This document shows, piece by piece, positions 11,740 to 20,643 of a DNA stretch of 32,000 nt. The stretch's first letter is position 1. Each line of letters opens with the position of its first letter. Source of the stretch: Pseudomonas aeruginosa. GTDB taxonomy: Bacteria; Pseudomonadota; Gammaproteobacteria; Pseudomonadales; Pseudomonadaceae. Under the pieces are notes generated by a model. The model did no database searches. It worked only from the letters and a program-made list of their open reading frames with translations, and had not been told where the DNA came from. The translations under genes and the position numbers were made by a program. The stretch is from positions 2,580,001 through 2,612,000 of the forward strand of contig NZ_LN831024.1 in NCBI RefSeq assembly GCF_001457615.1, in the 5' to 3' direction.

Positions 11740-11968
11740 AAATGCAAATAAAGTGAAGTTGCCCGTGTGGCCGTTATGAACGGACAGGCAGCGCTTCGCA
11801 GTTGCGACTACCAATGACAAGAGTATCGAACTCCTGGAGCTGCCGCGGTCGTGGGAAACCGAGCGAGTGGGGGCGGGGAACTGCTTCAACACGCTTCGGT
11901 CTGAACGGGAATATCGATTCCTGACCCGATTCAGAATTCCGTCCACATAGTAGACAGTACCGAAGCCG

Positions 11969-12310
11969 ATGCCCTGCCGACTTTCCCTGGTTGTATTTCC
12001 CGCTCTCTTCTCCATTGCCGCTGGCGCCGCGGAGGAACTCAAGGACATGGCAGGTTCGACCATCGTCGTTGCCGGAAGACTCGAGGCCGTCGAATGCCCT
12101 GGCGCAGGCCTGTACGATTGCACGGGGTGGCCTGCCAACCTGTACCGTTTCGAGGGACAGGACGTGTGCCTCAGCATCGAGGCTGGCTGCGATTACAGTT
12201 GCGATGGCATTCTCAGCGAGAAGGGCGGCACGCAATCGATCCTGGTTTCCGGCTCCTATCGCGATCACATCCGCAAGGTGGAAGGCACGCAGGTCTCCTG
12301 CCCGCGCTAG
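11969..12310 (+). CDS. Small exported cysteine-rich hypothetical protein
   Basis: 113 aa with probable signal peptide MPCRLSLVVFPALFSIAAGAA and six Cys in the predicted mature chain (ECPG, DCTG, VCLS, GCDYSCDG, SCPR). Confidence 0.7.
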   Translation: MPCRLSLVVFPALFSIAAGAAEELKDMAGSTIVVAGRLEAVECPGAGLYDCTGWPANLYRFEGQDVCLSIEAGCDYSCDGILSEKGGTQSILVSGSYRDHIRKVEGTQVSCPR

Positions 12311-12428
12311 AGACGCTCGGCCGAGCGCTGGAAACATCGCGAGGTGCAACGGACGGTCTGCCGCCCGCTGAAGAAGGCGAGCGGCGCGGGATGTGCTAGG
12401 GTGCCCGTTTGCAGGGAGGACCCAGGGC

Positions 12429-12836
12429 ATGGAGCACCCATACAAGACCCCAGAGGCGGACCTGGCCGAGGAGAAGCTGACTGCGAGAGGTTTCCTTTCC
12501 GGCGGGCAGCCGCTGTGGAAGGCATTCTGGCTGTTCTTCGCTGCGGGTTTCTTATTGCTCAGCGTCGCCGCCAGGCAGGCGATGGTGGCCATTGTCGATC
12601 CGCTGATGCAGGAAGCTCCCGGCGAACATGCGGTGGCCCTGACCTTGTGGGGAATGGTCGGTGTCGAGCTGGTTAGGCTGGCCTACCTGTGCCTCAGCCT
12701 CGTCGTGGTCTGGCGCTGCGGGCGCAATTCCCGCTGGGTGGCTGCGCGCCATGCCAGCAGGGCGGTGCTGTTGGCACTGATACTCCTGACCCTTTACTCG
12801 ATCTATCTGGTCTGGGCCTTGCTCGCCAGTCCCTGA
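12429..12836 (+). CDS. Hypothetical membrane protein, two or more predicted TM helices
   Basis: Start MEHPYKTPEADLAEEKL with GGAGG upstream. TM segments AFWLFFAAGFLLLSVAA and AVLLALILLTLYSIYLVWALL. Confidence 0.78.
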   Translation: MEHPYKTPEADLAEEKLTARGFLSGGQPLWKAFWLFFAAGFLLLSVAARQAMVAIVDPLMQEAPGEHAVALTLWGMVGVELVRLAYLCLSLVVVWRCGRNSRWVAARHASRAVLLALILLTLYSIYLVWALLASP

Positions 12837-12894
12837 GCGACGCGCTGAGGCTGGCGAGCATGCTGGTAGGGCCCATTCCACGTGCCTGCATTGG

Positions 12895-14658
12895 CTAACG
12901 CCGCAGCCAGTCCTCCAGTTGCTCCGGCAGCATCGGCTGGGCGATCAGATAGCCCTGGCCCTCGTGGCAGCCCCAGGCCTGCAGCAGGTGGAAGGTGTCG
13001 TGGGTCTCGATGCCTTCCGCGACCACCCGATAACCCAACTGGCTGGCCAGGCCGATCACCGCCTGGGTGACGCTCTGCGCCTTCGGCGAGCCGGCGAGGT
13101 CGCGGGTGAACGATTGGTCGAGCTTGATGGCGGTGATTGGCAGATCGCGCAGGTAGGTCCAGTTGCTGTAGCCGGTGCCGAAGTCGTCCACCGCGATGCC
13201 CATGCCAAGCTCCCGGGCACGCAGCAGCACCGAGCCGACCGCCGAGGCGTCGCGGATGAGTACGCTTTCGGTGAATTCCAGCTCGAGGGCGGAAAGGTCG
13301 ATGTCGTAGGTTTTGGCGAGTCTGACGGCCTCTTCCAGGAAGCTGCTGTCTTCCATGTCCGATGCCGATACGTTGATCGCCAGCCTGAGCGGGATGTTCC
13401 GTGCGTTCCATTGCGCCAGCTGGGCCATGGCATGGCGCAGCACCCAGTCGCTGAGGGGGCGCATCAGTGCGGTTTTCTCCGCCAGGGGCACGAATTCGGC
13501 GGGGCTGACGAAGCCGAGTTGCGGGTGCCGCCAGCGCAGCAGCGCTTCCACGCCCGTGCACCTGCCTGTCGGCAGGTCGATTTTCGGCTGATACACCAGA
13601 TGGAAGCCTTCTTCGGTTCCGATCGCCTGGGACAGCGAGGTCAGCAATGTGAAGGCACGCTGCTGGGCCTGGTCCAGCGGCGGGTTGTAGCGGGCCCAGC
13701 CGACACCGCGGTCGCGGGCGTCGTCGGCCGCGCTGACCACCAGGCGCAGCCAGTCCTGATCGCCGTCGAGGGGATCGTCGGCAAGCGGTAGTACGCCGAG
13801 GCCCACGTTGGCCTTGATCGGGATCCCGCGACATACGACGGGGCTTTCGAAGGCCCGCAGCAGGCGGAGGCAGACCGACTCGGTTTCTTCCTGTTGCTGC
13901 CGTGGCAGGAGCAGTCCGAAGCGCGTCGGGCTGATCTTGTAGAGAGTGAAATCCGGCAGTTCCGCGCGGATGCGGTCGCGCGCCTCGAGCATGAGGTCGT
14001 TGGAAAAGGGATAGCCCAGCGTACGGATGATGGTATTCAGCAGGGCGAGGGGCAGGAGGTCGGCGGCGATCACGGTGAGGGCGCCGTCGCGCTGCAGGCG
14101 CAGGGAAACGTCCTCCTGCAGGCGGAGACGGTTGTACAGGCCGGTTGGCTCGTCGATGTAGTTGGTCGAGCGGAGCGTATGGATACGGGCCATCACCAGC
14201 CGGGCGAAGTGCTCGAGCATGGCGACGTCCCGCTCGGCCAGCGGCCCGCGTGGTTCCCGGTCGATGACGCAGAGGCTGCCGAGGTTGAGACCTTCCGCGG
14301 TGGCCAGCGGAGCCCCGGCGTAGAAGCGGATGCGCGGTTCGCCTTGCACATAGGGGTTGTCCCGGAAGCGCGGGTCGAGGGTGGCGTCGGCCACCTCGAA
14401 TACTCCCTTGCCCAGGATCGCATAGGCGCAGAACGAATCCCGTCGCGGCGTCTGCCGGATATCGAGGCCGATGCTCGCGCGAAACCACTGGCGCTGATGG
14501 TCGAGGATGGAAATGAGCGCGATGGGCGTCTGGAAGTAGGACGTAGCGGCGGCGAGGATTTCCTCGAATACCTCGTCCGCACCTTCTTCCAGCAGACCGA
14601 GTTGGTCGACGTAGGCCTGTCTCGAATGCTCGTCCTCGGGATAGGGTGGGGTTGCCAT
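12895..14658 (-). CDS. Cyclic-di-GMP phosphodiesterase, GAF-degenerate GGDEF-EAL (PA2567-like)
   Basis: 587 aa. N-terminal GAF-like domain; GGDEF position reads SPTRF; EAL motif intact (YQPKIDLPTGRCTGVEALLRWRHP, EFTES, DDFGTGYS, KLDQSF, EGIET). Confidence 0.94.
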   Translation of the reverse strand: MATPPYPEDEHSRQAYVDQLGLLEEGADEVFEEILAAATSYFQTPIALISILDHQRQWFRASIGLDIRQTPRRDSFCAYAILGKGVFEVADATLDPRFRDNPYVQGEPRIRFYAGAPLATAEGLNLGSLCVIDREPRGPLAERDVAMLEHFARLVMARIHTLRSTNYIDEPTGLYNRLRLQEDVSLRLQRDGALTVIAADLLPLALLNTIIRTLGYPFSNDLMLEARDRIRAELPDFTLYKISPTRFGLLLPRQQQEETESVCLRLLRAFESPVVCRGIPIKANVGLGVLPLADDPLDGDQDWLRLVVSAADDARDRGVGWARYNPPLDQAQQRAFTLLTSLSQAIGTEEGFHLVYQPKIDLPTGRCTGVEALLRWRHPQLGFVSPAEFVPLAEKTALMRPLSDWVLRHAMAQLAQWNARNIPLRLAINVSASDMEDSSFLEEAVRLAKTYDIDLSALELEFTESVLIRDASAVGSVLLRARELGMGIAVDDFGTGYSNWTYLRDLPITAIKLDQSFTRDLAGSPKAQSVTQAVIGLASQLGYRVVAEGIETHDTFHLLQAWGCHEGQGYLIAQPMLPEQLEDWLRR

Positions 14659-14915
14659 GCTGGACTCCTGGGGCTACTGCGATGTCGGGCATCGGCAATC
14701 AATGATGTCATTGTGCCTTTATTTCGTGGAGCGCGGGCTCTTTTCCCAGATTGCAGCGATGAAAGGGCGTGGAGGTTGATCGCGGTCATGCCGGTACGGC
14801 CTTCGACGCCGACGCCAGCTCTGCGAAATCGATTACCTGGTAAACGGACTCTTCCTATATCGGCCAGCATCACCGCTCGCTAAAACGGTCGCACATGCTT
14901 CCACCGAGAAAAGAC

Positions 14916-15125
14916 ATGTCCGACACGCTCTCCTTCGCCTCGCGCCTCTGCAAGTTCGTCATCCTTCTCGTCATCCTGCTGATCGGCGGCGCCAGCCTCT
15001 TCCTGTGGTGGCTGGGGCGACCTTACCAGGACGCCATGTCCGCCTTCGTCCCGTTGCTCATGCCGATGCTGTTTCTGGTGCTGGCGTTCGACACCTTTCG
15101 CGCCTTCTCCCGCCCCGGGCGCTAG
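14916..15125 (+). CDS. Small (69 aa) membrane protein, unknown function
   Basis: MSDTLSFASRLCKFVILLVILLIGGASLFLWWLGRPYQDAMSAFVPLLMPMLFLVLAFDTFRAFSRPGR; two hydrophobic segments. Confidence 0.6.
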   Translation: MSDTLSFASRLCKFVILLVILLIGGASLFLWWLGRPYQDAMSAFVPLLMPMLFLVLAFDTFRAFSRPGR

Positions 15126-15374
15126 GCCTCCGGGCGCGCAGGCACCGATGCAGCGCTGTATCCCCGTGCTGCCCCTGTCAGCACTGATACGTGGAGAGTC
15201 TTTGCAGGCCAGCCACTGACCCGGAGGAAGCTTCCGAATCGCCGGATCGCTACAACGCGCCAGCCTGCATGTCGTCATCTTCGAACAGTTCTTCCGCGAT
15301 TTACTGACGGAGCGGCGGGCTCTCCGCCACAGCGGAAGGGCCAGCCCATGCCTGCCCGCCGAGTGGCGCTTCGC

Positions 15375-16862
15375 TCAATGGCCGGGGAGAATGTCCACGG
15401 CGCCCGGCTTGTCGTAGGCGCCGAAGCGATCGACCAGGGTCGCGCTGGCGGCGTTCAGGCCCAGCACGTCGACCTGCACGCCGCGCTGGCGAAAGCCCAG
15501 GACCACCTTGTCCAGTGCCGCGACGGCGGTGACGTCCCACAGGTGGGCGTGGCGCAGGTCGATGAGCACATGCTCCAGCGTCTCTCTCAGGTCGAAGGCG
15601 GCGATGAACCTGCCGGACGACGCGAAGAACACCTGCCCGCTCACCTGGTAGTGGCGGCGGGTGCCGTCGGCGGAGCGTTCGCTGTCGATATCGAGGTAGT
15701 GCCCGATCTTGTTGGCGAAGAACAGCGAGGCCAGGAGAACGCCGGCGACCACGCCGAAGGCCAGGTTGTGGGTGGCGAGGACCACGCCGACCGTCACCAG
15801 CATGACCAGGTTGGTCGATAGCGGGTAGCGCTTCAGGTTGCGGATCGACTCCCAGCGGAAGGTGCCGATGGACACCATGATCATCACCGCCACCAGGGCC
15901 GCCATGGGAATCCGCCCGACCCAGTCGCTGAGGAACACCACCATCAGCAGTAGCGCGACGCCGGCCACCAGGGTCGAGAGCCGGCTGCGCCCGCCGGATT
16001 TCACATTGATCACCGACTGGCCGATCATCGCGCAGCCAGCCATGCCGCCGAGCAGGCCGGTGGCGATGTTCGCCAGGCCCTGGCCCTTGCATTCGCGGTT
16101 CTTGTCGCTGCCGGTGTCGGTCATCTCGTCGACGATGGTGGCGGTCATCAGCGACTCCAGAAGGCCGACCACCGCCAGGGCGGCGGAGTAGGGCAGGACG
16201 ATCAGCAGGGTGTCGAGGTTCAGCGGCACGTCCGGCCAGAGGAACAGCGGCAGGCTGTCGGGCAACTGACCCATGTCGCCGACGGTGCGGATGTCCAGGC
16301 CCAGGTAGATGGATATGCCGGTGAGGACCAGGATGCATACCAGCGGAGAGGGCAGCAGCCGGCCGATCCGTGGCAGCTGCGGGAAGCCGTAGACGATCGC
16401 CAGGCCCGCGGCGGTCATCGCGTAGACCGGCCAGCCGACATCGGTGAGTTCGGGTAGCTGGGCCATGAAGATGAGGATCGCCAGGGCATTGACGAAACCG
16501 GTCACCACCGAGCGCGAGACGAAGCGCATCAGCGAACCCAGGCGCAGGTAGCCGGCGAGTATCTGCAGCACGCCGCAGAGCAGGGTCGCCGCCAGCAGGT
16601 ATTGCAGGCCGTGGTCCTTCACCAGGTTGACCATCAGCAGCGCCATGGCGCCAGTCGCGGCGGAGATCATTCCCGGACGGCCGCCGGCGAAGGCGATCAC
16701 CACCGCCATGCTGAAGGAGGCGTACAGGCCGATCTTCGGGTCGACCCCGGCGATGATGGAGAAGGCGATGGCCTCGGGGATCAGCGCCAGGGCGACGACC
16801 AGGCCGGCGAGCAGGTCGCCGCGGAGGTTGGAGAACCAGTTCTGTTTCAGCGTCTGTAGCAT
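15375..16862 (-). CDS. SulP family permease with C-terminal STAS domain (sulfate or bicarbonate transporter)
   Basis: Start MLQTLKQNWFSNLRGDLLAGLVVALALIPEAIAFSIIAGVDPKIGLYASF; STAS region VLIDLRHAHLWDVTAVAALDKVVL. Confidence 0.92.
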   Translation of the reverse strand: MLQTLKQNWFSNLRGDLLAGLVVALALIPEAIAFSIIAGVDPKIGLYASFSMAVVIAFAGGRPGMISAATGAMALLMVNLVKDHGLQYLLAATLLCGVLQILAGYLRLGSLMRFVSRSVVTGFVNALAILIFMAQLPELTDVGWPVYAMTAAGLAIVYGFPQLPRIGRLLPSPLVCILVLTGISIYLGLDIRTVGDMGQLPDSLPLFLWPDVPLNLDTLLIVLPYSAALAVVGLLESLMTATIVDEMTDTGSDKNRECKGQGLANIATGLLGGMAGCAMIGQSVINVKSGGRSRLSTLVAGVALLLMVVFLSDWVGRIPMAALVAVMIMVSIGTFRWESIRNLKRYPLSTNLVMLVTVGVVLATHNLAFGVVAGVLLASLFFANKIGHYLDIDSERSADGTRRHYQVSGQVFFASSGRFIAAFDLRETLEHVLIDLRHAHLWDVTAVAALDKVVLGFRQRGVQVDVLGLNAASATLVDRFGAYDKPGAVDILPGH

Positions 16863-17218
16863 CGGGATACCCAGGGGCGAGGCACGGCCCGTGCAGTCGG
16901 TCGACAGCGCGGGCCGCGGGATGGCATTGGAAAAAACAAGGGATGACGACAGGCGTTCAGGCGAACGAACGCTGGCCACGGTCGTTCGGACCGTGGCCGG
17001 AAGGGGCAGGCATGGCTATGGCGGAGTGGGCAGCCAGGTCATCGGGGAGTAGCGGGTAGTCGCTTGCAGGGAGCGGCAGCATAGCCGATTCGACAGGTTC
17101 GACCAAGCCGGCAGCTCGGGCTTTCCCTGGGTTGCGTCGCGATCGACGGCATGGAACCAAACAAGCGAAACGGTTCTAAGCTATCGAGGGATCGTCCTCG
17201 CATGGAGAGAACATCATC

Positions 17219-17731
17219 ATGTTCAACACTCGTTCTGTGCTCGCGCTGGTCGTGAGCCTGTCCCTGATCGGCGGTACGCCTGCCGTCCTGGCCGACCCGG
17301 GCAATGGCAAGGGCAACCCGCACGGTAACCAGATGGACGGCGGAAAGGGTAACAAGGGCAACAAAGGCAACCAGGGTGGCCACGACAACCATGGCGGCCC
17401 CGGCAACAAGGGCGGCGGCGCCGGCCAGAAGGGCAACGGCGGCGGCAACTGGGACTCGGGACCGCGTATCGACGTCGGCGGGGTACGGGTGATCCTCGGC
17501 GACAACCGCGGCTACTGGAACCCGGGGCCGGCCCTGCCGCCCGGCATCCAGAAGAACCTGGCGCGCGGCAAGCCGCTGCCGCCCGGCATCGCCAAGAAAC
17601 TCGACGGCCGCCTGCTAGGCCGGCTGCCGCACTACGACGGCTACGAGTGGATGCAGGCCGGCACCGACCTGCTGCTGGTGGCGGTGGCGACCGGGCTGAT
17701 CTACGAGGTGCTGGACAACGTCCTCGACTGA
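17219..17731 (+). CDS. CigR/RcnB-like secreted or periplasmic protein with Gly/Asn/Lys-rich low-complexity region
   Basis: 170 aa. Signal peptide, GNGKGNPHGNQMDGGKGNKGNKGNQGG..., C-terminal LPPGIAKKLDGRLLGRLPHYDGYEWMQAGTDLLLVAVATGLIYEVLDNVL. Confidence 0.8.
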   Translation: MFNTRSVLALVVSLSLIGGTPAVLADPGNGKGNPHGNQMDGGKGNKGNKGNQGGHDNHGGPGNKGGGAGQKGNGGGNWDSGPRIDVGGVRVILGDNRGYWNPGPALPPGIQKNLARGKPLPPGIAKKLDGRLLGRLPHYDGYEWMQAGTDLLLVAVATGLIYEVLDNVLD

Positions 17732-17746
17732 TCGAACCCTGGCTGT

Positions 17747-17782
17747 GCATGGCGGATAGCGCCACAACGCTATCCGCCATGC
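17747..17782. repeat. Perfect inverted repeat or hairpin, 15-bp arms, 6-nt loop
   Basis: GCATGGCGGATAGCG-CCACAA-CGCTATCCGCCATGC between convergent genes. Confidence 0.88.
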
Positions 17783-17796
17783 CCCCCCGTTGGAGC

Positions 17797-17825
17797 GGCG
17801 GATAATCGCGTTGCGGTTGTCCGCC
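17797..17825. repeat. Second related hairpin, 13-bp arms with two G-U wobbles in one orientation, 3-nt loop
   Basis: GGCGGATAATCGC-GTT-GCGGTTGTCCGCC. Confidence 0.75.
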
Positions 17826-17857
17826 TTACCTCATGGAAGTCGTTTCCTTACCCCAGG

Positions 17858-19474
17858 TCAGGCCCGCAGGCGTTGCAGGGCATCGCCCAGTTGCGCGGAG
17901 AGGCCGTGGAGATCGCGGCTGGCGGCTTCGGTCTGCTCCACCTGTTCCTGGTTGCTGGAGGCGATCGAGGCGATTTCCGTGAGGTTGCGGGAAATGTCCT
18001 CGGCCACGGCGGTCTGTTCCTCGGCGGCGGTAGCGATCTGGCGGTTCATGTCGCGGATCGATTCGACCGAGGCGGTGATCTGGCGCAGCATGGTGCCGGC
18101 GTTGGCAACCTGCTCGGCACCGGCCTCGCTGCGCGACTGCCCGCTTTCGATGGCGCGCGCGGCATTCACCGCGCCGTTCTGCACGGTATCGATGATCTGG
18201 TGGATCTCGGCGATGGACTCGGCGGTGCGCTGCGCCAGGGTGCGGACCTCGTCGGCGACCACCGCGAAGCCACGGCCGGCATCGCCGGCGCGGGCGGCTT
18301 CGATGGCCGCGTTGAGAGCGAGCAGGTTGGTCTGCTCGGCGATGCCACGGATCACGTCGAGGACCTTGCCGATCCTGCCGCTATCGCTTTCCAATTGGCG
18401 GATGACCTCCACCGTATGGTCGATCTCCTTGCGCATCTCGCCGATGCTGCGAATCGTTTCTTCCATCACGTCTTCGCCGCGCTGGGCGGAATCGTCCGCC
18501 TCGTCGGCGGCCCTGGCCGCGTCGCCGGCGTAGCGCGCCACTTCCTGGGCGGTGGCGGACATTTCCTGCATCGCCGTGGCGACCTGGTCGGTGCGGCTGA
18601 ACTGCTCGCGGGTACCGGCCGCCATCAGGCTGGCGATCGCGTTCAGCGAGCCGCTGGCGCTGTCCAGGTCGCGGGTACTGCGCCGCAGCCGGTCGAAGAT
18701 GTCCACCAGGAAGTCGCGCAGGGTGTTGGCGGCCAGGGCCAGCTTGCCGAGTTCGTCCTTGCGCCGGATCTCGATGCGCTCGCCGAAGTCGCCATGGCTG
18801 AGCTGGGCGATGTGCTCGATCAGGCGTTGCACCGGACGGACCAGGTTGCGGTTGACCAGCCACAGGCTGAGCAGGGCGACGGCCAGGCTGGCGCCGATCA
18901 GCACCAGGCTGCCGAGCAGCATGGTGCGCCGGGCCTCCGCGCTGATGGAGGAGGAATGGAGATCACTGGCCTGGTGCAGTTCGTCGCGCAGGGTCTGCAT
19001 CTGCGCGGTGGTGGCGCGGTCGATGCCGGTCACCGCCTGGTCGCCGGCGATGGGGTCGGCGCCCGCCTCGAGGAACCGTTGCCTGCCTTGTCGGTAAGCC
19101 GTACCGAGTCGCCGGTGCTCTTCGCGCAGGCGCTCGACACGATCCTTCAACTCGCCTTCGGCCACGCTGCCCAGGCTCCCGAGGATGTCCTGCACCGCTC
19201 GCTCCTGGGCTTCGAACTGGCTCCAGTATTTCGTCTGGGCCTCCGTCTGGCGTCCGCGCAGCAGGACGTTCTTCCATTCCTGGACCTGGCCGCGGAATTG
19301 CAGGTTGGCCTCGTCGATCAGTTGCGCCGCCCGCACGGGGCCGCCGAGCAGCTCGCGGTAGGCGCGTACGTCGCCGGTCAGCGAGCCGAAGCAGGCCAGG
19401 GCTATGAGTAGCAGCGCCGCCAGGCTGCCGCCGAGCAGGACAAGGATTTGCGCACGTAGGGATTGTTGCAGCAT
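17858..19474 (-). CDS. ctpH: Methyl-accepting chemotaxis protein, CtpH-like (PA2561)
   Basis: Start [31 protein letters not shown] (538 aa). 4HB-type ligand domain, HAMP, signalling hairpin [44 protein letters not shown]. Confidence 0.88.
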   Translation of the reverse strand: MLQQSLRAQILVLLGGSLAALLLIALACFGSLTGDVRAYRELLGGPVRAAQLIDEANLQFRGQVQEWKNVLLRGRQTEAQTKYWSQFEAQERAVQDILGSLGSVAEGELKDRVERLREEHRRLGTAYRQGRQRFLEAGADPIAGDQAVTGIDRATTAQMQTLRDELHQASDLHSSSISAEARRTMLLGSLVLIGASLAVALLSLWLVNRNLVRPVQRLIEHIAQLSHGDFGERIEIRRKDELGKLALAANTLRDFLVDIFDRLRRSTRDLDSASGSLNAIASLMAAGTREQFSRTDQVATAMQEMSATAQEVARYAGDAARAADEADDSAQRGEDVMEETIRSIGEMRKEIDHTVEVIRQLESDSGRIGKVLDVIRGIAEQTNLLALNAAIEAARAGDAGRGFAVVADEVRTLAQRTAESIAEIHQIIDTVQNGAVNAARAIESGQSRSEAGAEQVANAGTMLRQITASVESIRDMNRQIATAAEEQTAVAEDISRNLTEIASIASSNQEQVEQTEAASRDLHGLSAQLGDALQRLRA

Positions 19475-19732
19475 GGAACGCCTCGATGGATTGCCAGGTT
19501 GGACCGGCACGCAGGCTGCGACGAGGCAGCCGAGGACGTCCCTGTGGCCCGGCGAGGCGGGCATGGCGCGTGTTCCGGCTCGCAGAGTATCGACAGCGGA
19601 TCTGACAACTTGAGGACGACGCAGGGGCCGGGCCAGAGCCGACGAAGGGGAATAGCTGGCATGGATGTTCTGCGGGGCTTCGGTTAATCTCTGTGACGAA
19701 TGTCACATTGTGCCAGTCGAAGGATCTGACTC

Positions 19733-20020
19733 ATGGATGTCCCTCCCACCGTTCAGGATGAACAGGCCGTTTCCCGCCAGTTGCACTCGTTGAGTGTGCG
19801 CAATCTCGCTCACCTGGCCGCTGCCCTGACCCAGCTCGGCTTCGAGCTGTCGCGCAGCTCCGACCCTGGCACCCGCCAGGCGGCCAATGCCTTCATCGGC
19901 CAGTTGGCCAATATCAACCAGGACATCGATCGACAGATCGAGCTGCTCAGCGCGCTGGACGCCGACAACGTGGGGTTTCGCCTGCTGGACGAGGTGCAAT
20001 ACCCGGATGCGCCCGAATGA
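19733..20020 (+). CDS. Hypothetical protein, 95 aa
   Basis: MDVPPTVQDEQAVSRQLHSLSVRNLAHLAAALTQLGFELSRSSD...; predicted helical soluble protein, intergenic to its neighbours. Confidence 0.6.
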   Translation: MDVPPTVQDEQAVSRQLHSLSVRNLAHLAAALTQLGFELSRSSDPGTRQAANAFIGQLANINQDIDRQIELLSALDADNVGFRLLDEVQYPDAPE

Positions 20021-20094
20021 GCCGACGCCAGGAGCACGCAAAGAGTGGAGGGGGTGTGTGGGCCGAGAGCGGCAGTCTCCCGGCGTGGCGCTGA

Positions 20095-20325
20095 TCAGTC
20101 TTCCTGGCGCAGGTCGCTGAGCATCTGCTCCCAGTACTGGTTGGCCTTGCGGTTGAGATCGAAGGCGGCTTGACGCAACTGGTCGTACTCGGCGCCGCTG
20201 TAGCCGCTTTCGCGCAGCTTCTGGCGAGCGGCGTCGGCTTCTTCGCGCAGACGGTTGTAGGTCGCCTGGTCGTCCGCCCAGGTCCTGCCTGTGCGCCGGG
20301 TGTACTTGTCCTGGGGTTCAGCCAT
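20095..20325 (-). CDS. Small hypothetical protein, 76 aa, charged and helical
   Basis: MAEPQDKYTRRTGRTWADDQATYNRLREEADAARQKLRESGYSGAEYDQLRQAAFDLNRKANQYWEQMLSDLRQED, preceded by GGAG-like AAGGAG on the minus strand. Confidence 0.75.
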   Translation of the reverse strand: MAEPQDKYTRRTGRTWADDQATYNRLREEADAARQKLRESGYSGAEYDQLRQAAFDLNRKANQYWEQMLSDLRQED

Positions 20326-20643
20326 GGGTTCTCCTTGCGGGCCGGATGGGACTTGGAAAAACGCTGCGCTGAACAGACTTTTTCCAATGGCAAAAATTCA
20401 AAAAAAACTGACGGATTGCGCGACTTCGCTATTGGTACCGATGTCCCATACCTGTACGCCAGCCGATGAAATTTGTGCGTTCCTCGCCAAGTCGGCTAGC
20501 TTGTTCAGGCTTGCGCCTTGGCGCTCGCCGTCTCTCCGGTAAGCTGGGAACGTTGTCGCCATGGGCTCGGAGACTGCGCGGACGGCGCCATGGCGACAGG
20601 TCCGACCTTTCCCTCCGATGGGTTTTGCGAGTAAGGAAATGCT

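Noticed and set aside
11774-12592. 272-aa minus-strand ORF behind lecA
   Set aside because: Antisense to the two small + strand genes with better starts and a signal peptide; no conserved motif seen.
12803-14698. 631-aa minus-strand ORF overlapping the EAL gene
   Set aside because: Arg/Pro/His-rich nonsense translation in an alternate frame; the 12895..14658 frame has all catalytic motifs.
15301-16338. 345-aa minus-strand ORF in the SulP region
   Set aside because: Alternate-frame translation of the SulP permease gene with no coherent domain.
17326-17455. Short GGC/AAC/AAG repeats suggestive of a CRISPR or tandem array
   Set aside because: They encode the Gly/Asn/Lys-rich segment of the CigR-like protein; irregular and in frame, with no spacers.
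17873-19411. 512-aa + strand ORF ([18 protein letters not shown]...)
   Set aside because: Antisense to the well supported ctpH gene. Composition is typical of a high-GC shadow ORF.
20386-20542. Possible 51-aa ORF (MAKIQKKLTDCATSLLVPMSHTC...)
   Set aside because: No clear RBS or domain; it lies in an AT-rich intergenic stretch upstream of the lipoprotein, so translation is not supported.
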